Of a DNA stretch of 64,000 bases, positions 1-8,083 are shown piece by piece. Source of the DNA: Actinomycetota bacterium (lineage in GTDB: Bacteria > Actinomycetota > JAHEXW01); assembly GCA_025355855.1 (NCBI GenBank), contig JANXYU010000031.1, positions 1,530 through 65,529 of the forward strand, given 5' to 3'. A program made the translations under genes and the position numbers. The notes beneath the pieces are model-generated. The model saw only the letters and a list, made by a program, of their open reading frames with translations, had not been told where the DNA came from and ran no database searches. Each line of letters begins with the position of its first letter. Position 1 is the first letter of the stretch.

Positions 1-139
1 CGCGGGCTTTGAGAGAAGCTATCTGCTCGACGATTGCAGCCAGCCGGTCACGATCCAGCCGGCCCGTTTCCGTCGTGATGATGGCCGAGCCGACCTTAAC
101 AACTATTCGCTTGGCCTTGGCAACACAGGCTTGTCTCAT
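1..139 (-). CDS. proB: Glutamate 5-kinase, N-terminal part (runs off the window edge)
   Basis: Manual translation from ATG at 139 gives MRQACVAKAKRIVVKVGSAIITTETGRLD, containing the amino-acid kinase VVKVGS motif. It follows obgE, as in the conserved synteny. Confidence 0.9.
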   Translation of the reverse strand, partial: MRQACVAKAKRIVVKVGSAIITTETGRLDRDRLAAIVEQIASLKAR

Positions 140-193
140 GTTTCCCTTTCTTACTTCTCGACTCGCTTCGCTCGCTCGAAGAGCAATGCCGGG

Positions 194-219
194 GCACCAG
201 TCTAAAGACTGGCGCCTAC
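194..219 (-). repeat. GTAG-type REP element (hybrid of class A and class B)
   Basis: Minus strand reads GTAG-GCGCCAGTC-TTTA-GACTGGTGC, the same architecture as the REPs beside the RAYT at 45.3 kb. Confidence 0.75.
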
Positions 220-269
220 ATAGACCTTTTTATCGCGTCGTTTCCGTAGATGCCCGAGCTTACGCCCAT

Positions 270-302
270 GTCATCCTCGTACTCTTCGTACTCCTAGTAC
301 TA
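270..302 (-). repeat. 9-bp tandem repeat array at the obgE stop codon
   Basis: Plus-strand units gtcatc/gtactc/gtactc/gtacta start at 270, 279, 288 and 297. Confidence 0.7.
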
Positions 303-1304
303 GTCGCCCTTAATGTTATCAATCATGTCGGCGATGGCAAACTTTAGAGCGTCAACGCCTTCGCCTGTCGCCGCCGAGATCGCGTAGAACGGGATACCCC
401 GCTCAGCGAAAACCGCACGCATCGGCTCGATCGTCTCGCGGGCTTCCGGCAGATCGATCTTGCTACCGGCCGCGAGAACAGGCCGTTCACCCAGTTCAGT
501 ACTATACGATCCCAGCTCACCGGCAATCAGGTCATAGTCTCGCATCAGCGTGTCGACGTCGCCGACCGACAGGTCGACAATATGCACCAGGACCGTCGCG
601 CGTTCAACATGCCTGAGGAACTGGACGCCCATGCCCTTGCCTAAATGCGCGTTCTCGACCAAGCCAGGAATGTCCGCGACCACGAAGTCACGATCGTCGT
701 TTAGCCGCACCATGCCCAGATTCGGCGCTTTGGTTGTGAACGGATAGTCGCCAACCTTGGCTTTCGCAGTTGACATCCGGTTGATCAACGTTGATTTGCC
801 TGCATTCGGCAATCCGATCAAGGCCACATCCGCAAGTAATTTCAGTTCCAACGATATGTCGAATGGTTCTGTATCCTCTCCCGGCTGCGAGAACTTAGGG
901 CTGCGGTTCGTTGACGACGTAAAGTGCGCATTGCCTTTGCCGCCCCGACCGCCGGCCGCAATGACCGCTTCCTGCCCGATAGCCGTCAAGTCGGCCAGCA
1001 CATTACCGTCTTCGTTACGGATAACCGTCCCAACAGGTACCTTTACTAGTAGGTCTTCCCCATTCTTGCCGGTGCAGTTCTTGGCTTGCCCGTTGCCGCC
1101 GGCTTGGGCAAAAAAATGACGCTGATGGCGAAAATCCATCAACGTCTTTAATCCGGGATCAACTATGAAACGTACCGAGCCGCCGTGTCCGCCGTCGCCA
1201 CCGCTGGGACCTCCCAGCGGCTCGCCTTTTTCATGACGAAAAGCTACAACTCCGCTACCGCCGCGACCGCCCTTAACCGAAACATGCGCTTCGTCAACAA
1301 ACAT
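300..1304 (-). CDS. obgE: GTPase ObgE/CgtA
   Basis: MFVDEA N-terminus with the glycine-rich Obg fold, plus GLPNAGKS, FTT and DIPG G-motifs. Lies after rplU-rpmA. Confidence 0.98.
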   Translation of the reverse strand: MFVDEAHVSVKGGRGGSGVVAFRHEKGEPLGGPSGGDGGHGGSVRFIVDPGLKTLMDFRHQRHFFAQAGGNGQAKNCTGKNGEDLLVKVPVGTVIRNEDGNVLADLTAIGQEAVIAAGGRGGKGNAHFTSSTNRSPKFSQPGEDTEPFDISLELKLLADVALIGLPNAGKSTLINRMSTAKAKVGDYPFTTKAPNLGMVRLNDDRDFVVADIPGLVENAHLGKGMGVQFLRHVERATVLVHIVDLSVGDVDTLMRDYDLIAGELGSYSTELGERPVLAAGSKIDLPEARETIEPMRAVFAERGIPFYAISAATGEGVDALKFAIADMIDNIKGD

Positions 1305-1319
1305 ATGCGGTTTTGATTC

Positions 1320-1562
1320 CTATACTTCTTCGACGATATCTACCTTAGCGCCGTTGAAACTTACGAATCCCGCGCGCAGAGCGAACAGCGTGTGATCGTT
1401 ACCGATCCCGACACCGACGCCTGGTCGCAATTTTGTGCCGCGCTGGCGAACGATAATTGTGCCGGCCTTGACCTGCTGACCGCCATACGCCTTAACGCCG
1501 AGTCTTTTTGAATTACTGTCCCGACCGTTCCGAGAGCTGCCTAGCCCCTTCTTATGTGCCAT
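1320..1562 (-). CDS. rpmA: 50S ribosomal protein L27
   Basis: [24 protein letters not shown] signature. Confidence 0.99.
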   Translation of the reverse strand: MAHKKGLGSSRNGRDSNSKRLGVKAYGGQQVKAGTIIVRQRGTKLRPGVGVGIGNDHTLFALRAGFVSFNGAKVDIVEEV

Positions 1563-1883
1563 TTAGCCTTGTCCCCTTGAAATGCTTTCAATCTTGACTT
1601 TGGTCAAATTCTGCCTGTGGCCTTGAGTCCTCTTGTAACCTTTCTTGGACTTATACTTGAAAACCAGTATCTTCGCGTCGCGATACTGCTCGACAACCGT
1701 CGCCTTAACGCTCGCTTTTTCCAAAGAGCTCGCGTCAGCCAGCGTTTCTTTATCTGTGCCTACCATCAGGACTTCGTCAAAAGTTACCGCCGCGCCGGGT
1801 TCCCCCGCCAGCTTCTCGATGTCAAGGGTTTCGCCTTCCTTGACCTTGTATTGTTTGCCCCCGGTTTTAATAACTGCGTACAT
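1563..1883 (-). CDS. rplU: 50S ribosomal protein L21
   Basis: MYAVIKTGGKQYKV ... GHRQ signature, with a GGAGG SD upstream. Confidence 0.99.
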   Translation of the reverse strand: MYAVIKTGGKQYKVKEGETLDIEKLAGEPGAAVTFDEVLMVGTDKETLADASSLEKASVKATVVEQYRDAKILVFKYKSKKGYKRTQGHRQNLTKVKIESISRGQG

Positions 1884-1921
1884 TAATACTCCTCCAAATC
1901 GAACAATTGCGTAACTAAATG

Positions 1922-1951
1922 ATTATAGAAGAAATGGGCGGGTCAACGCAA
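1922..1951 (-). promoter_or_regulatory. Putative sigma70-type promoter of rplU-rpmA-obgE
   Basis: TTGCGT-N18-TATAAT on the minus strand upstream of rplU. Confidence 0.4.
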
Positions 1952-1964
1952 GTCTGGCGTTGTT

Positions 1965-2606
1965 CTAGCCGATTAGATTGTCCCAAAGGAAGATGTGAGT
2001 GAATTCCGCCGGCGCTTTCTCTAGAATGGCGCGCTCAAGCGTCAACCACGCGACTACCAGATCGGGGTCCCACTGGCGATTTGCCCCGTCTTCCAGGCGG
2101 TTCAAAGCCATTGGAATAGACATCTTCGCGCGGTGCGGTCGATCGCTGGTCATGGCGTCAAAAGCGTCTGCGATAGACAAGATGCGGGCCCCTAATGGGA
2201 TGGCTGTTCGCGCCAAACCATCCGGATATCCGTGCCCGTTCCACCATTCGTGGTGGTGCAGGATGATTTCGGTCAGGCCGGCCGGGAAATTCAACGGCTC
2301 CAGGATGCTGATCGCGATCTTCGGGTGCTTCTGCATCTCCAGCTTCTCCTGCTCGTCCAAGACGCCCGGCTTATGCAAGACACTTTCTTCGATCGCAATC
2401 TGGCCGATATCGTGAAGCATGGCCGCGCGATATATAAGCTGAGTCTCTTCCTCTGCTACGGCGGCGATTTTTGCCAGCTCAACAGAGTACTCCGCGACCC
2501 GCAGGGAATGGCCGCGGGTAAAATGATCTTTGTGCTCGATGGCGATATTTAAGCTGCGGATAACATCCTCGACAGGGATTTTCCCGTTATTCGGCTGCGA
2601 TTCCAT
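1965..2606 (-). CDS. Stand-alone HD-GYP domain phosphohydrolase (putative cyclic dinucleotide phosphodiesterase)
   Basis: HSLRVA, HDIGQ, HHEWWNGHGYPDGL, RILSIADAFDAMTSDRP motifs. Confidence 0.9.
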   Translation of the reverse strand: MESQPNNGKIPVEDVIRSLNIAIEHKDHFTRGHSLRVAEYSVELAKIAAVAEEETQLIYRAAMLHDIGQIAIEESVLHKPGVLDEQEKLEMQKHPKIAISILEPLNFPAGLTEIILHHHEWWNGHGYPDGLARTAIPLGARILSIADAFDAMTSDRPHRAKMSIPMALNRLEDGANRQWDPDLVVAWLTLERAILEKAPAEFTHIFLWDNLIG

Positions 2607-3942
2607 TCACCACATCCCCATTCCCACTCTTCATGACATAGCCGTGGCCGCTGCAGGTCGGGCACTTCCCGGTAAAAGCCGCCAGCAATCCGGGCGTAAA
2701 ACTTTTACGAGTCATTTCTATCAACCCTAGCCGGGAAATCTCTACGACCTCGGTTTTGGCCCGATCCTGTTCCAAGACCTTTTCGAATTCTTCCAAGATA
2801 AGGTCTCGATCATTGGAACTGCCCATGTTGATGAAGTCGACGACGATCAATCCGCCGATATCTCGTAATCGGAGCTGGCGGCCGATCTCGTGTGCCGCTT
2901 CCAGGTTTGTCTTGAGAATCGTTTTATCAAGACTTACCTTGCCGACGTACCGACCCGTATTGACGTCTATCGACGTCAACGCCTCCGTGTCTTCTATTAT
3001 GATATAGCCGCCGCTTTTCAGCCATACTTTCGTGCGTAGAGCCTTCTCTATCTGCGGTTCGATCCCGTACTTCATAAAAAGCGGCTCACGGCGGTGGTAG
3101 CGGCGCACAACGCCGCCTCGGCTTGGATCGATATCCGTTATGTAGCTTTGAATCTGGTCGTATTTGGTTCGGTCGTCGACAACAATCCGCTTCACGTCAG
3201 GGCCGAAAACGTCCCGGATTATCTTCATTGCCAGGTCCATTTCGCTGTAAACGAGTGTGCTGGGGGTGGCCTTAGCCGCGTCTTTGCGGACCTTTTCCCA
3301 CAGTTCTTTCAGATACGCCAAGTCACCGATCAACGTCGGTTTGCTGATGTCGGCCGCCTGCGTCCGGATGATTATACCCATGCCTTCCGGTTTGATCTCC
3401 GCCGCGACTTTTTGCAGCCGCTCCCGTTCCTTGCCCTGAATACGGCGCGATATGCCGACGAAGTCTTTAAAAGGCGCCAGAACCATATAGCGGCTGGGCA
3501 GGGCGATCTGCGTCGTTAGCCGGGCTCCTTTGCTGCCGCTGGGCGCGCGCGTTACCTGAACCAATGTTGTTTGGCCCTTACGGACACCGATCTTGCCTTT
3601 CTTACGACGACCGCCCCGCACTTTGTTCTCGACGTCTTCAGTCTCCTCCTTGGGCAATGCTTCTTTGGTCAGGTCAAGACCTGCTTCGTCGCCCTCGCCG
3701 ATAATGTCGTCGGCAGACAGGAAAGCATTGCGTTGTTCGCCGATGTCAACAAACGCCGCCTCCATGCCCTGGAGCACATTCTGTATCCGGCCAAGATAGA
3801 TATTGCCAGTGATGTTGCCGGTGTCGCGCTTCTCGACATAAACTTCGGCCAGGTTCTTGCCGTCCAAGAGCGCCAGCTTTGTCTCCTCCGGCTCGACTGT
3901 GATAATAATCTGTTTTGTTCCATTGTTAGAGCTTAAGACCAT
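2587..3942 (-). CDS. Ribonuclease E/G family (short, RNase G-like)
   Basis: S1 domain GNIYLGRIQNVLQGMEAAFVDIG, followed by IDVNTG, LRDIGGLIVVDFI and the C-terminal CPTCSGHG. Confidence 0.95.
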   Translation of the reverse strand: MVLSSNNGTKQIIITVEPEETKLALLDGKNLAEVYVEKRDTGNITGNIYLGRIQNVLQGMEAAFVDIGEQRNAFLSADDIIGEGDEAGLDLTKEALPKEETEDVENKVRGGRRKKGKIGVRKGQTTLVQVTRAPSGSKGARLTTQIALPSRYMVLAPFKDFVGISRRIQGKERERLQKVAAEIKPEGMGIIIRTQAADISKPTLIGDLAYLKELWEKVRKDAAKATPSTLVYSEMDLAMKIIRDVFGPDVKRIVVDDRTKYDQIQSYITDIDPSRGGVVRRYHRREPLFMKYGIEPQIEKALRTKVWLKSGGYIIIEDTEALTSIDVNTGRYVGKVSLDKTILKTNLEAAHEIGRQLRLRDIGGLIVVDFINMGSSNDRDLILEEFEKVLEQDRAKTEVVEISRLGLIEMTRKSFTPGLLAAFTGKCPTCSGHGYVMKSGNGDVVNGIAAE

Positions 3943-4268
3943 TGGGATTGTCCCCCTACTTTGATCTTCCTAACCTCTCGGGCCCCCGTGATGCTGACCT
4001 CAGGTGGAAGATTACGATTTAAACGTTCGACGATGTCCCTGAGTGGTATTGGCAGGTCCAACGTGATATCTGCATTCTGTCCTTCTGATTCTACTCCTAC
4101 CGGCATGGCCGGGGTAACTGAAATCTTGGCGTGCGGGCGAAACCCTTGGGTCAAGGTAAGCGGCAGTTCGGCCCGGCGGCAGGCCCGCTCGAACAAGCGC
4201 ATGGTGTCTAAATGTGAGATGTACTTCAGCCGGCCTTTCTTGTCGAAGGTAACTCTTATCCTTGGCAT
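3933..4268 (-). CDS. TIGR03936/DUF2344-type radical SAM-associated protein (short, about 111 aa)
   Basis: Reads KKGRLKYISHLD..RACRRAELP..TQGFRPH from ATG at 4268. It is adjacent to a TIGR03960-like gene. Confidence 0.85.
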   Translation of the reverse strand: MPRIRVTFDKKGRLKYISHLDTMRLFERACRRAELPLTLTQGFRPHAKISVTPAMPVGVESEGQNADITLDLPIPLRDIVERLNRNLPPEVSITGAREVRKIKVGGQSQWS

Positions 4269-6025
4269 TCTATCCCGCAACCCGCGCAACCCGACAGACA
4301 GTCGATCGTCGTCGATGCCTCCAAAGCCTTTTCGTATTCTCCCCATAACCAGTCCTTTGACACACCGGGGGCGATGAAGTCCCACGGTAAGGCCTCGTCG
4401 GCTCCACGCGTTCGGTCGGTGATGTCTTCCAGCTTTAAGCCCTCGTCGGCGAACGCGGCCGTCCAAAGATCGAAGTCATAGTATTCGTGCCAGCTGTCAA
4501 AACGGGCACCGCGTTTATACGCCGCCTCTATTACTTTGCTCATCGAACGGTCGCCGCGCGCCAGCGCGCCTTCGAGTTTAGCCATCGTCGGCTCGTGCCA
4601 CTTGAAATTCAGATAGCTTTTCTTCAGTCGGTCGCGAAGATAATTATTCTTCTCGCGCAACGTCTCTAAGGTGTCTTGCCCGAACCACTGAAACGGGGTA
4701 TGCGCTTTGGGAATAAAGCTGGCCACGTTGATCGTGATGCCGACCCGGCCATGCTCATTCTTTGGAACAACGTCCATCGCCAAAGCGCGCAATTTGTAGG
4801 CGAGATCCACGATTCCGTCTAAGTCGTTTTGGGTCTCCGTCGGCAAACCGACCATAAAGTATAGCTTCAGCTTTCTCCAGCCGTTGCGGAAAGCAATTTC
4901 GGCGGTCCGCATGAGGTCTTCTTCAGTGACTCCCTTGTTTATCACGTCGCGCAAACGTTGCGTACCCGCCTCCGGCGCAAAAGTTAGCGATGTCTTCTTG
5001 CCGCCGCCAATAATATCGGCCAGCTCCACGGAAAAAGCGTCGACGCGTTGGCTGGGCAACGACACCGCGACCGCCTTTCGGCTCATCTCCCCGACCAATT
5101 CCTCGGTCGCGGCGACAATACCGGTGTAGTCGGTGCTGGACAGTGAAACCAATGAGACCTCGTTGTAGCCAGTGTTGGATAAACCCTCTCGCACCGCTTG
5201 CAGGACTGTCGGCACCGACCGTTCCCGGATCGGCCGATAGACCATGCCAGCTTGACAAAAACGGCAGGACCGGCCGCAGCCACGCATAATCTCAACCTGG
5301 AATCGGTCGTGGACGACTTCTAGATTCGGCACAGGCGGCCGGCACGGTGGCGGGAACGACCCTAAATCGGCGAGTATCCGGCGTTTGATGGGGCCCTGGG
5401 CTGAATCATACAAACTAGGAACATAGACGCCTTCTATGGCAGACAAGCGCCGGAGCTTCTCGCTCCTTGTACTATTTGTACTCTTCGAACTTCTCAAAAG
5501 ATCAACGACCTCTTGAATCACTTCTTCCCCGTCCCCAATAACGAACGCGTCAAAGAACGGCGCCAGGGGTTCAGGATTATAGACGCAGGGACCGCCGCCG
5601 ATAACAAGCGGTTCAGCCTCCGCCCGGTCGGCGGCGCGCAATGGGATACCGCCCAATTCGATTAACGCCAAAATGTTGCTGTAGTTAAGCTCGTATTGCA
5701 AAGTGATTCCCAGGATGTCGAAGTCGCGCAAGGGCCGCTGAGTTTCCAAAGACCACAACGGCGTCTCGGACGCGCGCAAGACCTGTTCCATGTCCGGCCA
5801 CGGCGAGAAGACGCGCTCACAGGCGGCACGAGGGTCACTATTGATGATGTCATAAAGAATGGTCAAGCCAAGATTGGGCATCCCGACCTCATAGGCGTCG
5901 GGATAGGCTAAACAGACGCTGACGTCAATATCGGCGAGCGATTTGGTAATAGAATTCCACTCCCGACCGACGTAGCGACCCGGCTTACGGACTGAACTTA
6001 ATAGGTTTTCGTGTTCAAACGTCAA
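4256..6025 (-). CDS. TIGR03960-type B12-binding radical SAM protein
   Basis: KPGRYVGRE, YPDAYEVGMPNLG, CGRSCRFC (CxxxCxxC) and APEAGTQRLR motifs. TTG start at 6025 is inferred from overlap with the upstream stop. Confidence 0.92.
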   Translation of the reverse strand: MTFEHENLLSSVRKPGRYVGREWNSITKSLADIDVSVCLAYPDAYEVGMPNLGLTILYDIINSDPRAACERVFSPWPDMEQVLRASETPLWSLETQRPLRDFDILGITLQYELNYSNILALIELGGIPLRAADRAEAEPLVIGGGPCVYNPEPLAPFFDAFVIGDGEEVIQEVVDLLRSSKSTNSTRSEKLRRLSAIEGVYVPSLYDSAQGPIKRRILADLGSFPPPCRPPVPNLEVVHDRFQVEIMRGCGRSCRFCQAGMVYRPIRERSVPTVLQAVREGLSNTGYNEVSLVSLSSTDYTGIVAATEELVGEMSRKAVAVSLPSQRVDAFSVELADIIGGGKKTSLTFAPEAGTQRLRDVINKGVTEEDLMRTAEIAFRNGWRKLKLYFMVGLPTETQNDLDGIVDLAYKLRALAMDVVPKNEHGRVGITINVASFIPKAHTPFQWFGQDTLETLREKNNYLRDRLKKSYLNFKWHEPTMAKLEGALARGDRSMSKVIEAAYKRGARFDSWHEYYDFDLWTAAFADEGLKLEDITDRTRGADEALPWDFIAPGVSKDWLWGEYEKALEASTTIDCLSGCAGCGIECQG

Positions 6026-6956
6026 TATTTGTGGCCTTCGCCTCAATTGCGCGCACGCCCGGCAAACGTACCGTCGCGTCATTAGCAAAATATTGGATTG
6101 CCGTCTTGCCGAGCGCTACGGTACCGCCGTAAGCGACACCGCCCTTGACCGCCCATCCTAAGACGGGAATAAACGAAGCTATATTACGCGCCAAGGCCCG
6201 AAACGCGATGGCGCTGCCGAAGACAACGATTAGTTCTTTGAGTCGATCCAACCCGACCTCTTGGCCGTAAACGACCGCTATCTTCAAAATCATTTTGACC
6301 TGGTTGGCCGTCATTACCGGCATATCGGCGGCCGGCAGGAAAAACAAGGTGCCGACGACGGCGTTTTCGCCGGCCGTAGCGGTTACGATCCGGTTAGCGA
6401 CCGCTCGGCGGAAAACGGGAAACCGGCGAGCCAATGGAATTTCGACCGCGCGCGCAACCGCGACTAAGCGAGGCAGAAACTCCTCCACAACATTCAAGCC
6501 CGTAAGCGCGGCGACGACCGTGATCTGGCTGGACGGCGCACCAAAGATATCTGCCAGGCGGCGCCGAACCGCGGGGCCCCCTTCGGTCGCGAGGTCTAGC
6601 TTGTTGCCGACCAGCAAGCACGGTTTCTTCAAGTCACGCAGGGCTTGCCAAACTGCCATGTCCTTCTTATAGTCGGGCGCGGCTGCGTCCACCACGAAAA
6701 CTATCACATTGGCTTTACCGGCATTGGCGATAGCCCGAACAGTCGTATCTCTTTGCCCGTCGTATTCGCACATGATAATGTCGGCCACGTCGCGGGCGGC
6801 CAGGCTAGCCCGATCGAGCAAAAGCCACGCTCCCAGCGCCGTCTTGCCTGCCCCATGCCGCCCCACGATAGCAATCGTCACGCGGGCATCGGTATCGCTC
6901 ATGACCTCGTCATAGATGTCTTTAAACTTATCGAAGTTCAGGTTCGGAAGAGCCAT
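6015..6956 (-). CDS. P-loop GTPase-like domain fused to a DUF697/YcjF-like membrane domain
   Basis: GRHGAGKT P-loop and NKLD motif, then the C-terminal PAADMPVMTANQVKMILKIAVVYG ... IPVLGWAVKGGVAYGGT pattern. Confidence 0.75.
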   Translation of the reverse strand: MALPNLNFDKFKDIYDEVMSDTDARVTIAIVGRHGAGKTALGAWLLLDRASLAARDVADIIMCEYDGQRDTTVRAIANAGKANVIVFVVDAAAPDYKKDMAVWQALRDLKKPCLLVGNKLDLATEGGPAVRRRLADIFGAPSSQITVVAALTGLNVVEEFLPRLVAVARAVEIPLARRFPVFRRAVANRIVTATAGENAVVGTLFFLPAADMPVMTANQVKMILKIAVVYGQEVGLDRLKELIVVFGSAIAFRALARNIASFIPVLGWAVKGGVAYGGTVALGKTAIQYFANDATVRLPGVRAIEAKATNIDV

Positions 6957-8083
6957 TATATTGCCGCCCTTTCGGCCACGCCGCCGTAGCGGCGCATTGC
7001 CACACTGAGGACAAGCCCCAGGCTGATCATCGTCGTCAAGAACGAACTACCCCCATAGCTTATCAGAGGGAGCGGTATTCCCGTAACCGGCATGATGCCG
7101 ATGTTCATTCCGATATTGGTAAAAGCCTGAAATAGCAAAGAAGCGATGACGCCGGCGCAAATCAAGGTGCCGAACATATCGCGGCTGTTTAGAGCGATCT
7201 TGGCGATTCGCCACAGCAACAATCCGAACAAAGTAATAAGTATAAGGATGCCGATAAAACCAAGCTGTTCCCCCAGGACGGCAAAGATAAAGTCCGTGTC
7301 GCCATGCGGGATGAAGTTCAACCTGGTTTGGCTGCCCAGAAAGAGGCCGCGGCCAAAAAACTGGCCGGAACCGATAGCGATCTTGGCTTGCGTGATGTTA
7401 TACCCAGCCCCGGTCGGGTCACTCTGGGGGTTAAGGAAGACCAGCAACCGGTTCACTTGATACTGGTGCAGGATGTTAAGTTTGACCGCCAGAAACGCGC
7501 CAACAGCCGTCGCGCCGCCCAGACCGGCCAGCATCCAAAGATTAATGCCGGCGGCGTATAGAATTCCCACAGTAATGGCGCCAAAGACAAGGGCCGTACC
7601 CAGATCCGGCTGGATGAAGACAAGCAGAATGAATACCATCGCGTACGCGACGGCGATACCGATGTCCCGGTTGTTGGCGATTCCCTCCTTGCGCTTGCTG
7701 AGTAGTGCCGCCAACATGATGATCAGCGCGATTTTGGAGAACTCCGACGGCTGCAGGTTGAAGGGGCCGATCGGGATCCATCTCTGGGCTCCCAGGGCCA
7801 CCTTGCCAATGATAAAGACCATGACCAGCAGGACCATGCAAATGCCATAAAAAACACCGGAATAGGTCTTGAGCTTTAGGTAATCGAAACTAGCCGTGAC
7901 TGCCAGTCCAACCACCCCGACTACGATCCAGCCTAGCTGTAGACGCAGTTCGCTGAAACCAACGCTAGCCTGGGTCGCGCTATATATCAATAGTGCCCCG
8001 TAGGCGGCCAGCGCAAGAGTGAGAGCGATCAGAGGCCAATCAATATGGCGCAAAGGGTGCGAAGCAGGCAGCTTGCGCGCCAT
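6956..8083 (-). CDS. rodA: Rod shape-determining SEDS protein RodA
   Basis: AQRWI, LQPSEFSK, QPDLGT, HGDTDFIF and LPLISYGGSS motifs. Downstream of PBP2. Confidence 0.97.
   Translation of the reverse strand: MARKLPASHPLRHIDWPLIALTLALAAYGALLIYSATQASVGFSELRLQLGWIVVGVVGLAVTASFDYLKLKTYSGVFYGICMVLLVMVFIIGKVALGAQRWIPIGPFNLQPSEFSKIALIIMLAALLSKRKEGIANNRDIGIAVAYAMVFILLVFIQPDLGTALVFGAITVGILYAAGINLWMLAGLGGATAVGAFLAVKLNILHQYQVNRLLVFLNPQSDPTGAGYNITQAKIAIGSGQFFGRGLFLGSQTRLNFIPHGDTDFIFAVLGEQLGFIGILILITLFGLLLWRIAKIALNSRDMFGTLICAGVIASLLFQAFTNIGMNIGIMPVTGIPLPLISYGGSSFLTTMISLGLVLSVAMRRYGGVAERAAI

Noticed and set aside
294-302. TAG reassignment or pyrrolysine suggested by two in-frame TAGs after obgE
   Set aside because: TAG is the evident stop of many intact genes here (ndk, mreC, mrdA, smpB), and no pyl genes are visible.
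9-347. Plus-strand ORF of 112 aa
   Set aside because: It is antisense to proB and obgE and crosses a REP and a repeat array. It has no recognisable motifs.
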